Part shown: one piece after another, positions 15,766 to 23,993 of the stretch | Layout: each line of letters opens with the position of its first letter | Numbering within the stretch: position 1 is the first letter of the stretch | IMG/VR virus record: IMGVR_UViG_3300027138_000026 | Coordinates: 1 to 27,770 of that record | Origin: a virus | Lineage: Duplodnaviria > Caudoviricetes | Length of the DNA stretch: 27,770 nt | Direction: 5' to 3' (one strand) | Notes under the pieces: model-generated | Seen by the model: the letters and a program-made list of their open reading frames with translations, nothing else | Told to the model about the DNA's origin: nothing | Database searches by the model: none | Program-made: the position numbers and the translations under genes

Positions 15766-16316
15766 AACTTCCTCTCTGTAGTTAATACCTTTAACTACAC
15801 CTAAACCAAGGCATGGCTGTCCAGTGTAGTTTGCTGGACTGCCATGCTACGGAACAGCCCGACTGCCTCAGCCAGCCAGGATTTTTATTTAACTGGGGCG
15901 CGGAATGTTTATTTACTATGGAGCGCCGAGATAGCCTCCTGCTCAGCGCACTATCTAACAGTACAGACTGAGCGGTAGCAAACAGTTCTGGGGTCTAAAT
16001 GACCCCTGACTGTTTAATTGCTTTTGGAAACAGTAGAGTATCTCTACCTAAATATTTCCCGTACAACAGTATGCCTATGCCCCAGTACTATCAATATAGG
16101 GTCTGACCTGCGGTTATAGTACTGTGATGTAAATCACAGGCTGCAAAGTGTTCGGAATGGGTGTTTGAACGGATTAATATATAGTAGAGGCAATTTATTG
16201 CCGATACTATAGCAAGGGCTTTAGGCCCTTGCGTACAGACTGTATCTACTGTCTGTTACAACAGGCTGTATAACAGACTATTGTAAGCGGGTAAATTCTG
16301 CCCAAAAGGGACATAG
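15766..16316. promoter_or_regulatory. Divergent control region with dense inverted repeats and short iterons
   Basis: Longest non-coding stretch; separates the two divergent arms. About 11 inverted repeats, listed in findings. Confidence 0.7.
16123..16138. promoter_or_regulatory. Consensus CRP/GlxR-type binding site
   Basis: TGTGA-TGTAAA-TCACA is an exact TGTGA-N6-TCACA. Confidence 0.55.
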
Positions 16317-18206
16317 ATGACATTCAGTAAAAGTAATAACCCCCGTACCGAAAAAACGGTAGAGGCAAAGGCAAAGTTACTAGCCCTGGTAGCCCAGGGC
16401 ATGGGTGCTCCTAGGGCCATGGTTCAGATAGGCTATAAGGAAGATACCTTACGTATCTGGATTAGCCGCGACAAAAAATTTGCCCGTGATTTGGAAGACG
16501 CCAAGGCAGATGCCAAAAATAACTCCACCATCTCTCTCGGAGTGGCAAAGGATGAGATTTCTTTTTCACAGTTTTCTGAAGTATTTTTAAACCAGCAGGT
16601 CTTTCCACACCATCAAGATTGGATTGACCTACTAGAAGGTTACGAACCTTCATGGCTGCACGAGTCTATGATTTACGAAGACGGGGACCAGAACCGCTTA
16701 TTGGTAAATGTACCCCCTGAGCATGCCAAGTCAACCGTGGTAACGGTTAACTACTCTACCTACCGAATTGCCCTTAATCCTAATGTGCGCATTATTGTGG
16801 TCAGTAAGACCCTTAACAAAGCGCGAGAGTTTGTCTATGCAATTAAGCAAAGACTATCCCACCCACGTTGGCTAAAGTTACAAACAGCCTATGGACCTGA
16901 GGGTGGCTGGAAACAAGACGCTGATACTTGGAAGGTAGATACCGTCTACCTTGGTAGCGATGCTAGAGACTCATCCGAAAAAGACCCAACCATCCAAGCA
17001 CTTGGTATGGGTGGTCAGATTTACGGTGCTCGTGCTGACCTGATTATCTTGGATGACTGCATTACCACTGCCAATGCCCACGAGTGGGACAAGCAGATTA
17101 ACTGGTTACAAAAAGAAGTTATTACCCGTTTGGGTAAGAATGGCAAGTTGTTGATTGTAGGGACACGAATTGCGGCGAATGATTTTTATAAAGAACTTCG
17201 TAATCCGAAGCATTGGTCTGGTGGTAAGTGCCCATTTACTTACATGGCTATGCCTGCGGTATTGGAGTATGGGGAGAAACCAGAAGACTGGGTAACCCTT
17301 TGGCCTAAGTCTGACCATCCTTGGGATGGAGACGAAGATGAATTACCCGATGAGCAAGGGCTGTATCCCAAGTGGGATGGACCGTCTTTGTTTAAACGGC
17401 GCGGTGAAGTAACTCCTAGTACTTGGGCTTTAGTTTATCAGCAGGAGGATGTCGAAGAAGATTCCATCTTCCCACCCGCACTGGTGCAGGCTTGCACCAA
17501 GGGTATGCGTAAGCGAGGTCCGTTAAAACAGGGCGTGGTGGGACATCCGAATCATGTAGAAGGTTACACAGTTGTTGGCTTTGACCCTGCTATGGGCAGA
17601 GGCCATGCTGCATTTGTAGCAATGACTTATAACCGAGTAGACGGAAAGATGTATGTGCTGGACTGTGAGAACATGTCTGAGCCTACGCCGCAAAAGATTC
17701 GTGCCATGATTGAAGAGTTTACAATCAAGTACAGTCCTAATGAGTTTCGTGTTGAAATTAACGCACACCAGAAAGCCTATGAACTAGATACAGATTTACG
17801 TCAATGGCTATCGCAATACGGCTGTAGTTTAAAGCCACACTTTACACAGAAGAACAAGTGGGATACCTCCCACGGTGTTGCATCTATGTCAACGATGCTC
17901 GGCACTATGCACGATGGAGTATTCCAAAAAAACAACACGATTGAGTTTCCTTCCGCTGATGGTTCAGAGGGAGTCAAGGCTTTAATTCAACAACTCATAA
18001 CTTGGAAACCAGATACCAAAGGCAAGACTGACTGCGTTATGGCTATGTGGTTTGCGTTTATACGCCTACGTGAGTTAATGCAACAGAGCACAGTAATAGC
18101 AAAATACTCAGAAAACCGTTGGGCTACCCGTGCTCAACTATCAAAACGTGGAAGCGTAAACCTAGACCTTGCCTTGCAAGAACAGTGGCAAGAACAATTC
18201 GGATAA
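16317..18206 (+). CDS. terL: Terminase large subunit with N-terminal HTH-like extension
   Basis: PPEHAKST (Walker A variant), GARADLIILDD (Walker B), VGTR, GFDPA and DCVMA nuclease motifs. Confidence 0.92.
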   Translation: MTFSKSNNPRTEKTVEAKAKLLALVAQGMGAPRAMVQIGYKEDTLRIWISRDKKFARDLEDAKADAKNNSTISLGVAKDEISFSQFSEVFLNQQVFPHHQDWIDLLEGYEPSWLHESMIYEDGDQNRLLVNVPPEHAKSTVVTVNYSTYRIALNPNVRIIVVSKTLNKAREFVYAIKQRLSHPRWLKLQTAYGPEGGWKQDADTWKVDTVYLGSDARDSSEKDPTIQALGMGGQIYGARADLIILDDCITTANAHEWDKQINWLQKEVITRLGKNGKLLIVGTRIAANDFYKELRNPKHWSGGKCPFTYMAMPAVLEYGEKPEDWVTLWPKSDHPWDGDEDELPDEQGLYPKWDGPSLFKRRGEVTPSTWALVYQQEDVEEDSIFPPALVQACTKGMRKRGPLKQGVVGHPNHVEGYTVVGFDPAMGRGHAAFVAMTYNRVDGKMYVLDCENMSEPTPQKIRAMIEEFTIKYSPNEFRVEINAHQKAYELDTDLRQWLSQYGCSLKPHFTQKNKWDTSHGVASMSTMLGTMHDGVFQKNNTIEFPSADGSEGVKALIQQLITWKPDTKGKTDCVMAMWFAFIRLRELMQQSTVIAKYSENRWATRAQLSKRGSVNLDLALQEQWQEQFG

Positions 18207-18215
18207 GGAACTAAC

Positions 18216-18980
18216 ATGGCACGTACTGGACAAGCGGCAAAAGCAATTAAAAAAGCAGCCGATGCAAAGCCTAAGGTAAGTAATAAAAAAATTCTTAAGG
18301 ATGCAACTGCCAATGCTGCCATGCTTATAGGACCTGGTAAATTTCTTAAGGCTGGAAAGATTGTTAAAAAGGGTGTTGACTCTCTTAACAAGACTAAGAG
18401 AATTGCAAAAGATAAAGAGATTATTGCACGTTCTCCAGATTTAAAACAAACTCCTAACATGACAATTGGGCAAGCAAAGCGCATGAAACAAGGCACTAAG
18501 CAACTTGCAAAGACAACCAAAAGAATTGCTAGGCAAAGCAACAAAAAGAGTTCTTATGGTTCAACAACTGTTGGCGAGTCAAATGCTTTTAAAATTAAAA
18601 TGGGTCTTGATAAAGGCTTTGGCGGAGTAGAAGTACCAGGCATGCCTGCATTAAGTACACCACCGCTAGGTGGATTACGCAAGGGTGTTCCAGATAATAT
18701 GACACTTGGTCAGTTAGATAGATTTGATGCTATTCGCGAAGGTGAAAAAGCAAAGGCTTACGCTGCTGCTTATCGCATGGCAAAGCGTGAAACCAAAGGC
18801 ATGAAGAAATCTATGCAATCTAATACAACTCGTACTGTAAAGAAGGTCGCTACTGGAACTGGCATTGCTGGTACAGGAGCAGCAGGCGGAGCATACGCTG
18901 TTTCAAAGAAGTCTAATCCAAAACCTAAACCAGCAAGTGCCAAGCGCACACGCTCTGGTCAAAAAGCAAAGGGTAAGTAA
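18216..18980 (+). CDS. Highly basic Lys/Ala-rich protein 1
   Basis: SD AAGGA, 254 aa, low complexity, Gly-rich hydrophobic patch near the C-terminus. Confidence 0.75.
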   Translation: MARTGQAAKAIKKAADAKPKVSNKKILKDATANAAMLIGPGKFLKAGKIVKKGVDSLNKTKRIAKDKEIIARSPDLKQTPNMTIGQAKRMKQGTKQLAKTTKRIARQSNKKSSYGSTTVGESNAFKIKMGLDKGFGGVEVPGMPALSTPPLGGLRKGVPDNMTLGQLDRFDAIREGEKAKAYAAAYRMAKRETKGMKKSMQSNTTRTVKKVATGTGIAGTGAAGGAYAVSKKSNPKPKPASAKRTRSGQKAKGK

Positions 18981-18981
18981 T

Positions 18982-19593
18982 ATGCCAGTACCAATTATAG
19001 CAGCAGGAGCAGCAGCAATTGCTGCACGTCTTGCAGCAAAAAAGGTAGCGCAAGCAGCAGGTAAACAAGTTGTAAAAGCAACTTTAGGAAAGAAATCTGC
19101 TGCAAAGTACGCAGCACAAAAGACTGCTTCAAATACTAAAACTGCTGCTGCTTTAAGTAGAAATGCAAAAAAAGCAGCAGAAACAAGGGCTGCACTAAAA
19201 TCTGCAAAAAGCAAGCCACCTCTTGCTACACCTAAGTCTAATGTTCAGGTAAAGCCTGCTCGTAAGCAAGTTGGTAATCCACCTAACGATATAAAAGCGT
19301 GGGAAGATTACATAGGTAGTGTTTCTCGCGGTGCACCAGCGCGTGGTAGTTCTGCTGGTAAAGCAAAAGCGCGCCGAGTTGCTAATTCTAAAATAGCAAA
19401 AAATACAGTGCCTTCCGCAAAAGAACCAGCACGTATTCCAGAAATTCCCGCAGGTAAAACTGTAAGAATTAATAGTGCAAAAACTACCCGTGTAGTTAGA
19501 GTAAATCCAAAAACTATTAACGCAACAAATGTAAAACAATTATCTCAATTAAAAAAATTAAAAAATCAGGTTAAACCAGCAAAAAAGAAATAG
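18982..19593 (+). CDS. Highly basic Lys/Ala-rich protein 2 (203 aa)
   Basis: ATG 18982 one base after the previous stop. Starts MPVPIIAAG. Confidence 0.75.
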   Translation: MPVPIIAAGAAAIAARLAAKKVAQAAGKQVVKATLGKKSAAKYAAQKTASNTKTAAALSRNAKKAAETRAALKSAKSKPPLATPKSNVQVKPARKQVGNPPNDIKAWEDYIGSVSRGAPARGSSAGKAKARRVANSKIAKNTVPSAKEPARIPEIPAGKTVRINSAKTTRVVRVNPKTINATNVKQLSQLKKLKNQVKPAKKK

Positions 19594-19602
19594 GGAGTAA
19601 AG

Positions 19603-20955
19603 ATGCCAGTACCATTGATAGCCGCTGGCGTGGCATCTCTTATTGCCCGCGCTGCTGTATCCACTGCTGCTAAAAAAGCATTAACCTCTGCTGCCGCAAA
19701 AGGATTAACTAAGCGTCAAGTTGCTGAACTAGTTGTTCGCAACGAAGCCCGTGCTGCTAAGACTTTAGCAAACAAGGGAATTAAAACACGTCCTAAGCGA
19801 TATGAGTATCAGGGTACTAAATACTCTGACCCTAAACTTGATAAAGCATATAGAGAGTCACCAGCCGAAGGCTCTATTGAAGCAATGGCTAAGCGCATGC
19901 TTGCAGAGAATCCTGAAAAGGCAGCAAAGATTGCAGCAGAAAAAGCCAGAGTTGTTATGGCTCGTAATCGAGCACAGACTGTAGCAAGAGTTGCAAAGAA
20001 AAAAGAACTTACAACTACTGCTCCAAAGTCTGGAAAAACAAAAGGTTCAGTAACTAGAAAAAGAGAAGCAGAACTTGCTGAGCAACGTCCACTGTCTCCA
20101 GTTGATTCTACAAAAGTTGCAAGACGAGTACGACCACCAGAAGGTTTTAGTGGTGCAAGAGTAGTTAAACCAATTAAACGTGCTACCAAGCCAGTAGATA
20201 CATCTGTTAAGTCTACAAAGCCAGCAACTAAAAGAACTGCTGAAGAAATTAAGGCTGCTAGAGATGCAGCCAAAGAACGTAGCATTGCACGTAATGCTCC
20301 AAGAAAAATTGCTGGAAAGAAATCTGTAACTAAGCCTCCAGTTAAAAGTAAAACAACTGAATTAAAAGAACGACCACGTACTCAAAGAGAAATGCGCCGT
20401 AAGCGCAATGCGCAAGAAGAAATGCGTAAAAAAGATTACAAGAATAAAGGTCGTGCAGAACGTCAACGCGATGTAGATGACCAAGAAGTACCACAAGGTC
20501 AAACAATTCGTGGCAAGTTTTATCCAGAAGGTACACTTGGTATTCCAGCACGTTCTACACGAACTGGAAACACTATTGTAGAACGCTCACCAAAAGTAAG
20601 AGAAGACCTACCTCCAAAAGATGAACTTACTGCCATTAGGAAAGCATTTGCTGAACTAACTAAAGAAGAAAAAGCAGCAATGCGTACAATGGATGCACGT
20701 GGTATTCAAGGAATTTTACGTGAGAAAATTGCTAAAGGTCCTAATAGAAAACCTGCTGGTCCTAAAGATGCACCAATACGTAAGCGTTTAAGTCCAGAAG
20801 AAAGATTAGCAGTTTTAAAAAGAGGTGTTCGTGCACGCCGTGCAGCGGAAACAGCACGCAGTAAACGTACAGCAGAATTAAAAAAGAATCTTACACCAGC
20901 ACAAAGAAAAGCCATTGCAGAAGCCATTGCACGAGCAAAAAGGAATAGTAAATAA
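19603..20955 (+). CDS. Highly basic Lys/Arg/Ala-rich protein 3
   Basis: SD GGGAG. Starts MPVPLIAAG. TAATG coupling to the portal. Confidence 0.78.
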   Translation: MPVPLIAAGVASLIARAAVSTAAKKALTSAAAKGLTKRQVAELVVRNEARAAKTLANKGIKTRPKRYEYQGTKYSDPKLDKAYRESPAEGSIEAMAKRMLAENPEKAAKIAAEKARVVMARNRAQTVARVAKKKELTTTAPKSGKTKGSVTRKREAELAEQRPLSPVDSTKVARRVRPPEGFSGARVVKPIKRATKPVDTSVKSTKPATKRTAEEIKAARDAAKERSIARNAPRKIAGKKSVTKPPVKSKTTELKERPRTQREMRRKRNAQEEMRKKDYKNKGRAERQRDVDDQEVPQGQTIRGKFYPEGTLGIPARSTRTGNTIVERSPKVREDLPPKDELTAIRKAFAELTKEEKAAMRTMDARGIQGILREKIAKGPNRKPAGPKDAPIRKRLSPEERLAVLKRGVRARRAAETARSKRTAELKKNLTPAQRKAIAEAIARAKRNSK

Positions 20956-22694
20956 TGCTAACTGATAAGCAAATTTTTGCACGTGTTGCGTCTTTAAAAG
21001 ACCGCACCCGTGACCGTGATTCACGTCAGCAAGATGTATTACTAGTACGTCAAGGTAAAATTTCTAGCGTATATCCTGATTTCTTTCCAGAAGGTATTGA
21101 GGCTAACGTAGTTGCCAACTTTGTTGACATTGTAGCCCGTGACTTATCTGAAGTTATGGCTCCGTTACCTGCGGTTAACTGCTCAGTAGTTAGCCAAGTT
21201 AAAGACCGTGCTCGTAAAGCAGCAGACAACCGTACTCGTATTGCTGCTAACTATTTTTATAATTCCGATTTGCAAGTCCAGATGTATACTGGAGCAGATT
21301 GGTATGTAACATTTGGGTTTGTTCCGTTCATTATTGAATTGGACACTGAAGCAAAGTTGCCGCGTATTCGCGTAGAAAGTCCTGTCGGGGCGTATCCTGA
21401 ATTTGACCGCTACGGACGCTGCGTTGCTTTTGCTAAGCGTTATGCCATGCCACTGGCTGAATTGATTTCTCAATTCCCAGAGCATGCTGACGTTTTACTT
21501 GGTCGTGACGGATACGACCAAGACATGAATAGTAGATTTGAGATTGTTCGTTACTACGACCAGCATCAATCTATTATCTACGTTCCAGAACGTCAGAATC
21601 TCGTTATCTCCCGTGCTAAGAATCCTATTGGCAAGTTAATGGTTGTAGTCGCAAGACGACCAACCGTTGATGGAGAGATGCGTGGACAGTTTGATGATGT
21701 ACTCGGCATTCAATTGCTTCGTAATAGATTCGCATTACTTGCGATGGAAGCAACAGAGAAGGCCGTTCAGTCACCATTGATTGTTCCTGACGATGTGAAC
21801 GAGTTCCAATTCGGTGGTGACGGAGTTATCCGCACCAAGAATCCTGCGGGAGTACGCCGAGTTGAACTACCAGTATCTGGTTCATTATTTAATGAGCAAG
21901 CAGTTCTACAAAACGAACTGCGTATGGGTACACGCTATCCTGAATCACGTACTGGAAATCTTGATGCTTCAATCATTACTGGTCAAGGTGTTCAAGCCCT
22001 TATGGGTGGATTTGATACACAGGTTAAATCAGCGCAGGCTATTCTTGCATCTACATTAAAGACTGTTATCTCACTTTGTTTTGAAGTGGATGAAAAAATC
22101 TTTAATGAAACAAAATCCATTCGTGGTATTGATGCGGGTAGTCCTTATGCAATTGAGTATCTACCTTCAAAAGATATTAAGGGAGATTACTCTGCAGATG
22201 TTCGTTATGGAATGTTGGCTGGTCTTAATCCAGCGCAGGGACTTATCTTTATGTTGCAGGCCCTTGGCGGTAAGTTAATCTCCAAGGACCTAGCAATGCG
22301 TGAATTGCCATTTGGAGTTAACGTAACTCAGGAGCAGGAAAAAATAGAAGTTGAGGAAATGCGTAATTCGCTTATCTCATCTCTTAATGCTTCAGCGCAA
22401 GCAATTCCACAACTTATTGCTAATGGCGGAGACCCAACTGCAATTGTTAAGAAGATTGCAGAAGTAATCCGATTAAGACAGAAGGGCACGCAGGTTGAGG
22501 ACGCAATCAATGACGTGTTCGCTCCAGAATTACCACCTGCTGGAGAAGCACCTATGGTCGAGCAACCGTCCCCTGCTCCCACCGCGGCTCCAGCAGGTGG
22601 CTCTCAACCACCGCAAGGTCTACAAAGTTTACTTTCTAGCCTCTCAATGAGCGGTAAAACAAATGCATCGGCACGTACAGTAACTCAAGCATAA
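20955..22694 (+). CDS. Portal protein
   Basis: 579 aa following the terminase, with portal-like segments (ANFVDIVARDLSEVMAPLP, TGQGVQAL, VRYG) and a Pro-rich tail. Confidence 0.8.
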   Translation: MLTDKQIFARVASLKDRTRDRDSRQQDVLLVRQGKISSVYPDFFPEGIEANVVANFVDIVARDLSEVMAPLPAVNCSVVSQVKDRARKAADNRTRIAANYFYNSDLQVQMYTGADWYVTFGFVPFIIELDTEAKLPRIRVESPVGAYPEFDRYGRCVAFAKRYAMPLAELISQFPEHADVLLGRDGYDQDMNSRFEIVRYYDQHQSIIYVPERQNLVISRAKNPIGKLMVVVARRPTVDGEMRGQFDDVLGIQLLRNRFALLAMEATEKAVQSPLIVPDDVNEFQFGGDGVIRTKNPAGVRRVELPVSGSLFNEQAVLQNELRMGTRYPESRTGNLDASIITGQGVQALMGGFDTQVKSAQAILASTLKTVISLCFEVDEKIFNETKSIRGIDAGSPYAIEYLPSKDIKGDYSADVRYGMLAGLNPAQGLIFMLQALGGKLISKDLAMRELPFGVNVTQEQEKIEVEEMRNSLISSLNASAQAIPQLIANGGDPTAIVKKIAEVIRLRQKGTQVEDAINDVFAPELPPAGEAPMVEQPSPAPTAAPAGGSQPPQGLQSLLSSLSMSGKTNASARTVTQA

Positions 22695-22708
22695 CTAAGT
22701 AGGGGACA

Positions 22709-23278
22709 ATGACAACACTTGCTGCTTATCAAGGAGATGGATGGTCTGTAATCGGTTGCGATTCTAGAGCATCCGATGAAGGTGGTCGTCCTATGACGAT
22801 TGCTACTCATAAGATTACCGAAAACAATGGTTATCTTATTGCTGGTTCTGGTGCTAGTCGTGGTTCTAATATCTTGCAGTTTGGATGGAAACCACCTAAG
22901 CCAACTAAGTTAGAAGACTTAGATTTGTTTATGACACAAAAGTTTATACCTGCAATGCGTAAAGTTTTTATAGATGCAGGTTATGATATGAAAGAAGACG
23001 GGGATGCAGCAGCACAGGATTCAGATTTTATTATCAGCATTCATGGAGTTATTTACCCTATCTTTGAAGATTATTCTTGGGACCGTGATAGCCGTGGTAT
23101 TTATTATGGTGGCAGCGGTGGCGATGTTGCTTTGGGAGTTCTGGAGGCTTTGCATATTAATAAAGCAAAAACTCCAGAACAAGCGGAAAAAATAATTCAT
23201 AGAGCAATTGAAGTTGCTTGCATGTGGGACATCTACACAAGTGCACCAATTATAACAAAGATTCAGTACGCAAAATGA
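22709..23278 (+). CDS. Proteasome-beta/HslV-like Ntn threonine hydrolase
   Basis: After Met removal: T1, D17-S18-R19, K34, G47, then GSG and DIYTS, matching the proteasome-beta catalytic constellation. Confidence 0.85.
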   Translation: MTTLAAYQGDGWSVIGCDSRASDEGGRPMTIATHKITENNGYLIAGSGASRGSNILQFGWKPPKPTKLEDLDLFMTQKFIPAMRKVFIDAGYDMKEDGDAAAQDSDFIISIHGVIYPIFEDYSWDRDSRGIYYGGSGGDVALGVLEALHINKAKTPEQAEKIIHRAIEVACMWDIYTSAPIITKIQYAK

Positions 23279-23547
23279 GTGATAGATTCAGGGAGAAGAT
23301 AGAGCAAGCACTAAGAGTTCTAATAGAGGAAGACCCTGAAGGGTCTAACTACATCTGCGCTAACTGGTTAATAATTACAGAATGGGCAGACTATGATGGA
23401 ACTCGTTACTTGCATACAGAAGTGTCAGATTCAATGACACCCTGGAATGCTTACGGCATGATGCGTATGGCTAAAGAATATAATAAAGAATCCTTTGGCG
23501 AACCGCCAGCAGATGAAGATGATGAATTGGAAGAAGGAGATGAGTAA
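23275..23547 (+). CDS. Hypothetical protein with acidic tail (90 aa)
   Basis: ATGA overlap with the protease stop. Ends DEDDELEEGDE. Confidence 0.65.
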   Translation: MSDRFREKIEQALRVLIEEDPEGSNYICANWLIITEWADYDGTRYLHTEVSDSMTPWNAYGMMRMAKEYNKESFGEPPADEDDELEEGDE

Positions 23548-23993
23548 TGACAACTGCACCACAAGGTCCTGGTGGCTATCGTGCGCCGTCTAACCCAGCA
23601 CCAGTATCAGGCCCTGGCGCTCTTTCTAAGCGCACTGACGGCGGTCCAACTCAAGGAGCAAAATACATCTCTGGATTGCCATACGGACAAGGACAAGAAA
23701 CTTATTCAAACCAACTAGCAGCACCTATGGCTGGTAACCCTATGAGCGGAAGCGCAATGGGCAATTCAGGACTAGTGCAAATGGAAATGCCAACAGAATT
23801 AATGGCTGCTACTTCTCGCCCAAATGAGCCTATTACATCTGGTATTGATATTGGTGATGGTCCAGGAAGTTCTTCGTTAAGACTTCCCAATCAAGAGCCA
23901 AACATTCTTACAATTATGCAACGACTTGCAGAAAATGACCCATCTGGAGACTCAGAACTTATTTATAATACTCTATTACAAAGAGGTTTTTAA
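23547..23993 (+). CDS. Pro/Gly-rich putative virion protein
   Basis: TAATG coupling at both ends. GGYRAPSNPAPVSGPGALSKRTDG. Confidence 0.7.
   Translation: MTTAPQGPGGYRAPSNPAPVSGPGALSKRTDGGPTQGAKYISGLPYGQGQETYSNQLAAPMAGNPMSGSAMGNSGLVQMEMPTELMAATSRPNEPITSGIDIGDGPGSSSLRLPNQEPNILTIMQRLAENDPSGDSELIYNTLLQRGF

Noticed and set aside
15918-15980. AGCCTCCT recalls the HDV ribozyme P3/L3
   Set aside because: P3 does not close, and there is no GG for P1.1 or recognisable J4/2.
15766-16316. tRNA genes or a hammerhead ribozyme in the non-coding region
   Set aside because: No cloverleaf with a GTTC T-loop and no CTGANGA...GAAA core found on either strand by eye.
18216-18245. N-terminus MARTGQAAK resembles the histone H3 tail (ARTKQTAR)
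   Set aside because: Short low-complexity match that lacks the K4 equivalent, and a bacterial host has no H3 readers.
18134-20927. Antisense ORFs over the basic proteins, and other shadow ORFs in the track (e.g. 9126-9602, 6776-7135, 4720-4995)
   Set aside because: They mirror biased codons of the real genes, lack SD sites and oppose operon direction.
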